NCBI GenBank assembly: GCA_963830335.1
Contig: CAWHLX010000006.1
Span: 237,347 to 301,346 of the forward strand
Length of the DNA stretch: 64,000 nucleotides
Origin: an uncultured Actinomycetota bacterium
Lineage (GTDB): Bacteria; Actinomycetota; Actinomycetes; Actinomycetales; Demequinaceae
Direction: 5' to 3'
The notes beneath the pieces were generated by a model that was given only the letters and a program-made list of their open reading frames with translations, was not told where the DNA came from and did not search any database. The first letter of the stretch is position 1. Every line of letters starts with the position of its first letter. This document shows, in pieces, positions 56,583 to 64,000 of this stretch. Position numbers and translations under genes: made by a program.

Positions 56583-57464
56583 TCATGGCAGCGTGAGCAC
56601 CTCCGCGCCCTCGTCCGTCACGACCAGCGTGTGTTCGAACTGGGCGCACCACGATCCGTCGTCCGTAGCCACGGTCCACCCATCGTCCCACTCGTAGTTC
56701 AGTTCGCTCCCCGCGACCAGCATCGGCTCGATGGTGAAGACCATCCCCGGCTTGATGACGTCGGAGTGCATGGGCGCGGAGTCGTAGTGGGGGATGACGA
56801 GGCCGGAGTGGAAGGCGGGTCCGACGCCGTGGCCCGTGTAGTTCCGCACGGACTCGTAGCCGTTCCGGGTCGCGTACGACTCGATCACGCGTCCGATCAC
56901 GTTGACCTCGCGGCCCGGCTTGACCGCGGCGATGCCCCGGGCCACCGCCTCGCGCGTCGCCTCGACGAGGGCGTGGGCCTCGGGCGAGCCCTCGCCCGCA
57001 ACGACGGTCCCGCAGTTGTCGCCGTGAACGCCGTCCTTGAAGGCCGTGATGTCCACCTTCACGAGGTCGCCCTCCTGGACCACCGTGGAATCGGGGATGC
57101 CGTGGCAGATGACCTCGTTGAGTGAGGTACACAGGGACTTCGGGAACGGCGGGCGCCCTGCGGACCCGGGGTAGCCGAGGGTCGACGGGTAGGCCCCGTG
57201 ATCGACCAGGAATTCGTGGCCGATTCGATCGAGCTCATCCGTCGTCACACCGGGGACGACGTTGCGCAGTACCTCGGCAAGAGCCTGCGCCGCGAGGCGA
57301 CCGGAGGAGCGAATGCGCGCGATGGTCTCGGCGCTGTGGACGTCCCCGCCGCGCCATTGTGACGCACGCCGCTTGCCCACGTAGTCGGGGCGCGGGATGC
57401 TGGTGGGGACACTGCGGATCGGCGAGACGTCACCCTTGGTGACTGGAGTTCGAGCCGGACCCAT
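56583..57464 (-). CDS. map: type I methionyl aminopeptidase (long N-terminal, MapB-like)
   Basis: The N-terminus is alignable with M. tuberculosis MapB ([18 protein letters not shown]). Also has [12 protein letters not shown] and FEHTLVVT. Confidence 0.93.
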   Translation of the reverse strand: MGPARTPVTKGDVSPIRSVPTSIPRPDYVGKRRASQWRGGDVHSAETIARIRSSGRLAAQALAEVLRNVVPGVTTDELDRIGHEFLVDHGAYPSTLGYPGSAGRPPFPKSLCTSLNEVICHGIPDSTVVQEGDLVKVDITAFKDGVHGDNCGTVVAGEGSPEAHALVEATREAVARGIAAVKPGREVNVIGRVIESYATRNGYESVRNYTGHGVGPAFHSGLVIPHYDSAPMHSDVIKPGMVFTIEPMLVAGSELNYEWDDGWTVATDDGSWCAQFEHTLVVTDEGAEVLTLP

Positions 57465-57494
57465 ATGCGCAGTCTAGGAGTGGAGGCGGTACCG

Positions 57495-57713
57495 ATGGGA
57501 ACTGAAGTAGTTCCGGACGGCGACTACTACTTCAACATTCGCACGAAGATGGTCGAACACGGGAGGCAGAGCGCGTGGGAGCACCTCATGGGCCCGTACG
57601 ACACTCACGAGGAGGCCGAACGTGCGCTCGAGATAGCTCAGGCTCGCACGGAGGACTGGGACGAGGACGAGGTGGAGTGGGACGAGGAGGACGCCCACCC
57701 CGACACCCCATGA
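57495..57713 (+). CDS. small conserved acidic protein (72 aa)
   Basis: YYFNIRTKMVEHGRQSAWEHLMGPYDTHEEAERALEIAQARTEDWDEDE resembles small actinobacterial proteins I have seen. The start could be 57465. Confidence 0.5.
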   Translation: MGTEVVPDGDYYFNIRTKMVEHGRQSAWEHLMGPYDTHEEAERALEIAQARTEDWDEDEVEWDEEDAHPDTP

Positions 57714-57750
57714 CCGCGAGCACCCTCCGGAAGGGGGAGAGGACAGGCCC

Positions 57751-58338
57751 GTGGAAATGAACTCGGCGATGGTGCGGATCGGCACCCCCGCGCCGGCCTT
57801 TGCGCTTCCGCGGGCCGACGGTTCGGGTGACGTGTCGCTCGGCGACTACTCGTCCGCCCCCGCGCTCCTCGTGGCCTTCCTCTGCGTGCACTGCCCGTAC
57901 GTCAAGAACATGGAGGTGGAGTTCGGCGAGTTCGCGCACGATTACGAGGCGAGGGGTCTGGTGGTCCTCGGGATCTCCTGCAACGACGTCGAGGCGTATC
58001 CCGACGATGCCCCCGAAAAGATGGTCGCGCAGGCGAGGCGCTCGGGCTTCACCTTCCCCTACCTCTACGACGAGTCGCAGCAGGTGGCCCTCGAGTTCAA
58101 GGCGACGTGCACGCCCGACCTGTTCCTCTACGACAAGGCCAGGAAGCTCGCGTACCGGGGGCAATTCGACGAGTCGCGCCCGAGCAATGGCCTGGAGCCG
58201 ACGGGGCACGACCTACGGCTCGCGGCGGACCTCGTCCTCGCGGGTAAGCGCGTGCCTGAGCCGCACGCGGCGAGCGTTGGCTGCGGACTCAAGTGGAAGC
58301 CGGGGAACGAGCCTCTCGCGCGCCGGGTCGCGCACTAG
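57751..58338 (+). CDS. thioredoxin-fold thiol-disulfide oxidoreductase / peroxiredoxin-like protein
   Basis: CxxC motif in FLCVHCPYVK and an AhpC/TSA-like layout. Confidence 0.75.
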   Translation: MEMNSAMVRIGTPAPAFALPRADGSGDVSLGDYSSAPALLVAFLCVHCPYVKNMEVEFGEFAHDYEARGLVVLGISCNDVEAYPDDAPEKMVAQARRSGFTFPYLYDESQQVALEFKATCTPDLFLYDKARKLAYRGQFDESRPSNGLEPTGHDLRLAADLVLAGKRVPEPHAASVGCGLKWKPGNEPLARRVAH

Positions 58339-58972
58339 GGCCCGCGGTGCTTCGCGCCCGGAGCATGAACGGCAGCGCGATGATCCATGCGCTGCACAGC
58401 GTGATGTAGTAGCGCTGAACGAGATAACCCGGGCCGGGGAAGAACAAGAAGTACAGCGAGAACGCGCCGAACAGTATCCAGCCAGCCATGAGCGTGGTCA
58501 TGACCACGGCGCCCCGCTGCGAGCGTTTGCGCCACCACACCACGAGCGCGCTGAGGAACAGGCAGATGGACGCGGAGATGCTGGCGATGCCGTGGAGAAT
58601 CAGCATCGGCTGGTGGCTGAGGCTCGGGCACGTCGTGAGGGACGGCTCGCACGTCATCGGCAGCAGCGCGTCGATCGCGGTGAGCACGCCGAAGAGCGCG
58701 AAGTTCGCCAGGACAATCCCGCGCACGTGCCCGTCGGGCCCGCGCCAGAGCAGTATGGCCACCGCGACTATGAGCGCACCTGCCAGCACATCCAGCGCGA
58801 TGAACAGCCAGTTGTACGGTTGGTGCAATGCGCCCAACTCACTTGCCAATCCTCGCCGGCTCACGAGCGGATTGAGGACATAGCCAAGAGGCCATGAGCA
58901 ATACGCCAAGCCCGCGACGACCGCCAGGACGACGGAAACCCGGGAACGAGGCGAGCCACGCAGTCTGACCAT
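58289..58972 (-). CDS. DUF998-like integral membrane protein
   Basis: Start at ATG 58972. There are six to seven hydrophobic helices, and the N-terminal block YCSWPLGYVLNP is typical of DUF998. The 3' end overlaps the convergent gene by 50 nt. Confidence 0.6.
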   Translation of the reverse strand: MVRLRGSPRSRVSVVLAVVAGLAYCSWPLGYVLNPLVSRRGLASELGALHQPYNWLFIALDVLAGALIVAVAILLWRGPDGHVRGIVLANFALFGVLTAIDALLPMTCEPSLTTCPSLSHQPMLILHGIASISASICLFLSALVVWWRKRSQRGAVVMTTLMAGWILFGAFSLYFLFFPGPGYLVQRYYITLCSAWIIALPFMLRARSTAGPSARPGAREARSPAST

Positions 58973-59016
58973 GGCCCCCCCGTGCTCCGCCGAGGTGGCG
59001 ATGCTACGTCCCGATT

Positions 59017-59826
59017 TCACTCGGAGAACGAGTGCCCGGCGTCGGGGAAGTGACCGCCCTTGACCTCGGAGACGTACGACGATGCGGCGGCAGCTAGCGC
59101 CTTGCCCACCTCGCCGAAGTGCTTGGCGAAGCTCGGGGACCAATCGCCCATCCCCGCCATGTCGAGCCACACCAAGACCTGGCCGGACGTGTCCGGTCCC
59201 GCGCCGATGCCGATCGTCGGGACGTCGAGCTCCGCAGTGAGCTTGGCAGCGATGGGAGCGACGACCATCTCGAAGACGATGAGGCAGGCCCCGGCGTCTT
59301 GGAGCGCGAGCGCGTCCGCGAGGAGCGCCTCGTAGGCGCCGTCGAGGCGGCCCTGGACCCTGCGCCCGCCGAGCGCGTTCTCGGACTGAGGGGTGAAGCC
59401 AAGGTGCCCCACGAAGGGGATGCCCGCGTCGACGACCGCCTTCGCCTGGGCGGCAACCCGGCGCCCGCCCTCGAACTTCACGGCGTGGGCGCCGCCCTCC
59501 TTGACGAGCCGGATCGAAGACGCGACGGCCTGCTCGGGGCTGACTTCATAACTGCCGAACGGCAGGTCCGCGATGACGAACGCGCGCTCGGCGCCGCGGG
59601 TGACGGCGCGGACGTGGGGGATCATCTCGTCGAGCGTGACGGCCGCGGTGTTGCCGTGGCCCAGAACGTTGTCGCCTAGCGAATCGCCGACGAGCAGCAC
59701 GTCGATGCCCGCAGCGTCGAAGAGCTTCGCGGTCGTGAAGTCGTACGCCGTGAGCATGGCGATCTTCTCGCCCGCCGCCTTCATCTCCTTGAGGTGGTGG
59801 ATCCGGATCTTCTTGCGTTCCGTCAT
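59017..59826 (-). CDS. panB: 3-methyl-2-oxobutanoate hydroxymethyltransferase
   Basis: Has KIAMLTAYD, LLVGDSLG and GAHAVKFEGG. The start overlaps the nadE stop (ATGA). Confidence 0.93.
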   Translation of the reverse strand: MTERKKIRIHHLKEMKAAGEKIAMLTAYDFTTAKLFDAAGIDVLLVGDSLGDNVLGHGNTAAVTLDEMIPHVRAVTRGAERAFVIADLPFGSYEVSPEQAVASSIRLVKEGGAHAVKFEGGRRVAAQAKAVVDAGIPFVGHLGFTPQSENALGGRRVQGRLDGAYEALLADALALQDAGACLIVFEMVVAPIAAKLTAELDVPTIGIGAGPDTSGQVLVWLDMAGMGDWSPSFAKHFGEVGKALAAAASSYVSEVKGGHFPDAGHSFSE

Positions 59827-61470
59827 GGTTCCACTTTCTCACGCCACCTGGTCGTGATGGGAAGGCGTCGGTCGCGCCCGAACGCGAGCGCCGTCACCTT
59901 GGTGCCCGGCGGGTACTGGCGGCGCTTCCACTCGGCGCGATCGGTCAGCGAGAGGACCTTGTCGACGACGGCCTCGTCGAAGCCGCGCGCGAGCAGCTCG
60001 GCCCGCCCCTCGGCGTGTTCGACGTAGGCGTCGAGGACCTCGTCGAGCAGGTCGTACGGCGGGAGCGAGTCCTGGTCCACCTGGTTCGGGCGGAGTTCGG
60101 CGCTCGGGGGCTTCTCGATCGAGTTGACGGGGATAGGCGGCGTCTCGCCCGTGCTCTCCGCGTCGGCGTTGCGCCAGCGCGCGAGGTCCCACACCCGCGT
60201 CTTGTCCAGGTCCTTGATCGGCGCGAACCCGCCCGCGGCGTCGCCGTAGATCGTCGTGTAGCCGGTCGCGAGCTCGCTCTTGTTGCCCGTCGCGATGAGC
60301 ATGGGGCCCTCGGAGTTGGAGATGCCCATGAGGATGATCGCCCGGACGCGCGCCTGAAGGTTCTCCGCGGCGACCCCGTCGAGGCCCAGCGTCGCCTCGA
60401 ACGCCGAGACGAACGGCTCGATCGGGATGACCCGGTACTCTGCGCCGAGGTTCGTCGCGAGCACCGCGGCGTCGTCCTTGGAGTGATCCGACGAGTAGCG
60501 GGACGGGAGCGAGACGCCGACGACGTTCTCGCCACCGAGGGCGTCGGCGGCGATCGTCGCGGCGAGCGCGGAGTCGATGCCGCCCGAGAGCCCGAGTACC
60601 ACCTTGGTCATCCCGTTCTTGCGCACGTAGTCGCGAAGCCCCGTCACACACGCGCCGTACACCTCGGCGTCCCCGGACAGGGGAGGGAAGATCGCCGATA
60701 CCGGGGGAGCCTCGTGGTCCTCGGGCACGTCCCATAGGAGCAGGGCGTCGGCGAAGGCGGGGGCGGAGGCGAGGAGCGCGCCGTCGGAGCCCGACGATGA
60801 AGGACTGGCCGTCGAAGACGAGGTCGTCCTGTCCGCCCCACATGTTGACGTAGGCGAGCGGGGACTCGACCTCGCGGGCGCGCTTCGCGGCGAGCTCGTA
60901 CCGGACGTGCCCCTTGCCCTCCTCGAACGGCGAGCCGTTGAGGACGACGAGCACGTCGACGTCGGCGGCGTCCATCTTGGATACGGGCCCGCCGTCCTGC
61001 CAGATGTCCTCGCAGATGACGATCCCGAGCCGCCGCCCGCCCACCTCGACGATGCACGTCTCCTCGCCGGGTGCAAAGATCCGTCGCTCGTCGAAGACGC
61101 CGTAATTGGGCAGGTGGTGCTTGGTGTACCGGGCGACGACGTCGCCGTGCTCAATGACGACGGCCTGGTTGACGGGGCGCCCGTCGGGAGCCGTACCGAG
61201 CGTCCCAAGGATGACGGTCATCTCGCCCATGCCGTCCTCGGCGAGGCTCGCCGCGACCTCGGCGACCGAGCGCTCGGCGGCGCGCTGAAACGACTTGCGC
61301 AGGGCGAGGTCCTCGATGGGGTAACCCGTGATGACCATCTCGGGAAGTGCGACGACGTCCGCCCCCTCTGCGTGGGCGGCGCGGCAGTGCTCCAGGACGA
61401 TGCGCGCGTTGCCGGAGAGATCCCCGACGCACGGGTTGACCTGAGCGAGCGCGAGGCGGAGCGAGGGCAT
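59823..61470 (-). pseudogene. nadE: glutamine-dependent NAD+ synthetase, frame broken by one extra base in the run at 60790-60792
   Basis: The N-terminal CN-hydrolase domain (LALAQVNPCVGD...IVICEDIW) is in one frame. The synthetase domain (GLSGGIDSALAATIA...PPSAELRPNQVDQDSLPPY) is in the -1 frame. Deleting one G gives FIVGSDGALLA. Confidence 0.88.
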
Positions 61471-61486
61471 GGGACGAGCCTACGCG

Positions 61487-62434
61487 TTAGCGCGCGGCCG
61501 ACCCCGTGGCCGAACCGAACGGCAAGGCGACGCCGGTTTCCCTCTCCGAGACGGCCCACAGGACCTCGATCGCGGCGCGCATGCCGATGCGTCGAAGGAT
61601 TGGGCGCCGGACCGCCGCGCCCGTCGCCATGAATCGCGGGGCGTACAGTTGCCCGCCCCTCGCCCGGGGGTCGGTCGCCGCCCGGAGTTGGGGCAGGGCG
61701 CCCCGCTCCGGCGCCATTCCGCGGCGGGCCGCGGCCTTCCGCCAGCGCGTGGCGCTCGGCCCCGCCCCTCCGTGCTGCTCGGTGACGACCTGGAGGTTCG
61801 TGTGCGAGAGGCCCGGGTGCGCGGTGAGGCTCGCGGCACGGGCGCCGTGGCGCTCGAACTCGCGCTGGAGCCCGATCGCGAAGTGGTAGTTGGCGAGCTT
61901 GGAGTCACCGTAGGCCCGCCACGGGTCGTAGGCGCCCTCGTGGTACGGGTCCTTGGGGTCGAGCGCCTTGCCCTGGTAGCGCGCCATGGAGGACACGGTG
62001 ACGACGCGGGCGGCGTCGGCATTGAGGAGGGAGGGCAGGAGGAGTGCCGTGAGGGTCCAGTGGCCCAGGTGGTCGACGCCGAATTGGGTCTCGTATCCGT
62101 CCTCGGTTCGGCCCTCGGGGAGCGCCATCACGCCCGCGTTATTCACGAGGATGTCGAGTGTGGGGTGCTTCTTCGCGACGGCGCTCGCGGCCGCCTTGAT
62201 CGCCGCCTGCGACGCAAGGTCCATCGCGAGGATCTCGAGGGACGCCTCGGGGAACGACGCTCGAATCGCGGCCTCGGCGGCGCTGGCCTTCTCGGCGGTC
62301 CGCGCGGCCAGGATGACGTGCGCCCCGGCCCCGGCGAGGGCGCGCGCGGTCTCAAGTCCAAGTCCGCTGTTGGCCCCGGTGACGAGCGCGACGCGACGGG
62401 TGAGGCTCGGGATATTGGCGGTGGTCCAGGCCAT
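61487..62434 (-). CDS. SDR family oxidoreductase
   Basis: Has TGANSGLGLETARALA, NNAG and YGDSK. The start at ATG 62434 has a GAGGAG RBS. Confidence 0.85.
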   Translation of the reverse strand: MAWTTANIPSLTRRVALVTGANSGLGLETARALAGAGAHVILAARTAEKASAAEAAIRASFPEASLEILAMDLASQAAIKAAASAVAKKHPTLDILVNNAGVMALPEGRTEDGYETQFGVDHLGHWTLTALLLPSLLNADAARVVTVSSMARYQGKALDPKDPYHEGAYDPWRAYGDSKLANYHFAIGLQREFERHGARAASLTAHPGLSHTNLQVVTEQHGGAGPSATRWRKAAARRGMAPERGALPQLRAATDPRARGGQLYAPRFMATGAAVRRPILRRIGMRAAIEVLWAVSERETGVALPFGSATGSAAR

Positions 62435-62505
62435 AGCAACTCCTCGTGTGAACGACTCCCCCCTAGTGTCACGCATCCGTAACATCCGTGGGGCAGGATA
62501 GAGCC

Positions 62506-63840
62506 ATGGATAAGCAGCAGGAGTACGTGCTCCGGAGTGTCGAGGAGCGGGACGTCCGGTTCATTCGGCTCTGGTTTACGGACGTGCTCGGAGTCCTCAA
62601 GTCCGTGGCGATCGCACCCGCCGAGTTGGAGAACGCGTTCGACGAGGGAATCGGCTTCGATGGTTCGGCGATCGAGGGCCTCACCCGGGTGTACGAGGCC
62701 GACATGATTGCCCGGCCAGACCCGACCACGTTCCAGATCCTGCCCTGGCGCGGCGATCGCCAGGGCGTCGCGCGCATGTTCTGCGACATCCAGACCCCCG
62801 AGGGCGAGCCCGCGATGGCCGACCCCCGCTACGTCCTCAAGCGCGCCCTCGACAAGGCCAGCGCCCAGGGCTTCACGTTCTACACGCACCCGGAGATCGA
62901 GTTCTACCTCTTCGAGCCGCTCGTCGAGGGCCAGCCCCCCAAGCCCGTCGATCTCGCGGGGTACTTCGACAACGTTCCCCGTGGGACGGCGCACAACTTC
63001 CGCCGACAGGCGATCACGACGCTCGAATCCATGGGAATCTCCGTCGAGTTCTCCCACCACGAGGCGGGCCCGGGTCAGAACGAGATCGACCTCCGCTATG
63101 CCGACGCCCTCGCGACGGCCGACAACATCATGACGTTCCGCGCGGCGGTGAAGGAGATCGCGCTCGAACAGGGCGTCTTCGCTTCGTTCATGCCCAAGCC
63201 GCTCGACGGTTCCCCGGGCTCCGGGATGCACACGCACCTCAGCCTCTTCGAGGGAGACCGCAACGCGTTCTACGAGGCCGACGCCCCGCTGCAACTGAGC
63301 GACGTCGCCCGCAAGTTCATCGCCGGGCTCCTGCGCCACGCGCCCGAGGTCACGGCGATCACCAACCAGTACGTCAACTCTTACAAGCGACTGTGGGGCG
63401 GGGCGGAGGCCCCCTCCTACGTGTGCTGGGGCTCCAACAACCGCTCGGCGCTCGTGCGAGTGCCGGTGCGCAAGGCGGGCAGGGGTCAGTCGAGCAGGAT
63501 CGAGTACCGCGCGCTCGACTCGGCCACCAACCCGTATCTCGCCTTCGCGGTCCTTCTCGCGGCGGGCCTCAAGGGTATCGAGGAGAACTACGAGCTTCCC
63601 GACGGCGCTGAGGACGACGTGTGGGAGCTTAGCCCGGGGGAGCGCAGGGCCTTGGGCTACGAGCCCCTTCCCGCTTCGCTGAGTGACGCCATCAACGTGA
63701 TGGAGAACAGCGAGTTGGTCGCCGAGACCCTCGGCGAGCAGGTCTTTGACTTCGTGCTGCGCAACAAGCGCGCCGAGTGGGACGAGTACCGGTCGCAAGT
63801 GACCGCATTCGAACTCGAGCGCTTCCTTCCGGTGCTCTAG
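62506..63840 (+). CDS. glnA: type I glutamine synthetase, GlnA2-like (GSI-alpha)
   Basis: Near-colinear with my memory of M. tuberculosis GlnA2 (VRFIRLWFTDVLGVLKSVAIAPAELE, EFSHHEAGPGQNEIDLRYAD, SYKRL, NRSALVRVP). Confidence 0.93.
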   Translation: MDKQQEYVLRSVEERDVRFIRLWFTDVLGVLKSVAIAPAELENAFDEGIGFDGSAIEGLTRVYEADMIARPDPTTFQILPWRGDRQGVARMFCDIQTPEGEPAMADPRYVLKRALDKASAQGFTFYTHPEIEFYLFEPLVEGQPPKPVDLAGYFDNVPRGTAHNFRRQAITTLESMGISVEFSHHEAGPGQNEIDLRYADALATADNIMTFRAAVKEIALEQGVFASFMPKPLDGSPGSGMHTHLSLFEGDRNAFYEADAPLQLSDVARKFIAGLLRHAPEVTAITNQYVNSYKRLWGGAEAPSYVCWGSNNRSALVRVPVRKAGRGQSSRIEYRALDSATNPYLAFAVLLAAGLKGIEENYELPDGAEDDVWELSPGERRALGYEPLPASLSDAINVMENSELVAETLGEQVFDFVLRNKRAEWDEYRSQVTAFELERFLPVL

Positions 63841-63857
63841 CGCCCGGGAGGCGCCCT

Positions 63858-64000
63858 GTGACCACCCGAAACGTCTCCGAAGCGTCGGTGCTACGCAAGG
63901 CGGGGGTGGCCGACCCCGAGCGGGTCGTCGGGCAGATCGCGCAGATTGAGGCGGCGACCGGGCTCGGGCTGGCCGACGTGGGGATCGATCTGGCGGGAGT
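63858..64000 (+). CDS. glnE: probable start of glutamine synthetase adenylyltransferase, 3' end cut by window edge
   Basis: A GTG-initiated open frame runs to the window end, and it sits downstream of the glnA2-type gene as in mycobacteria. Only 47 codons are visible, so the call is mostly positional. Confidence 0.45.
   Translation, partial: MTTRNVSEASVLRKAGVADPERVVGQIAQIEAATGLGLADVGIDLAG

Noticed and set aside
60780-60800. Programmed ribosomal frameshifting in nadE (and the other split genes)
   Set aside because: There is no slippery heptamer or downstream structure. The same one-base pattern occurs in unrelated genes, and orthologs I know are single-frame.
1-64000. Mobile elements, prophage, integrons, retrons or defence islands
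   Set aside because: I found no transposase, integrase, recombinase, reverse transcriptase, phage structural or known defence-gene motifs in any frame of the ORF track. The only toxin-like gene is the PIN module.

Overview
This 64-kb window comes from a high-GC (roughly 70%) Actinomycetota chromosome and is almost entirely core or housekeeping genes. Gene order recalls the Mycobacterium tuberculosis dgt-dnaG and Rv2220-Rv2246 neighbourhoods. Recognisable genes include dgt, dnaG, typA, amt, nnr, def, fabD-fabH-acpP-fabF with a MabR/FasR-like PucR regulator, aceE, DUF3052-ahpE, Nif3/zinc-ribbon/RNase H-phosphatase, RNase P RNA, ppgK, map, panB, nadE, a GlnA2-type glutamine synthetase and the start of glnE. 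RNA genes are tRNA-Asn(GTT), tRNA-Met(CAT), tRNA-Val(TAC) and rnpB.

Accessory-looking content:
- An RHH/PIN toxin-antitoxin pair.
- A badly decayed P-type ATPase pseudogene preceded by about 1 kb of unannotatable, A-depleted DNA.
- Two ECF sigma/anti-sigma modules, each next to a paralogous secreted protein.
- A tandem GNAT duplication.
- A tandem pair of paralogous membrane proteins inserted between the fab regulator and aceE.
- A sugar-acid catabolic cluster (dehydrogenase, lactonase, IlvD/Edd dehydratase, HpcH aldolase, IclR regulator).
- A large His-rich/poly-Thr/Ig-like/polytopic membrane protein preceded by a perfect CRP/GlxR-type palindrome.

I saw no CRISPR array, transposase, integrase or prophage genes. 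I could not identify a convincing self-contained novel system, so the findings below are ranked leads rather than discoveries.

Caveat: seven or eight otherwise conserved genes, including nadE, are each interrupted by exactly one extra base, mostly in short G/C runs. This looks like systematic assembly error and affects how every 'pseudogene' here should be read. All homology statements come from my recognition of motifs in the supplied translations. No database search was run.
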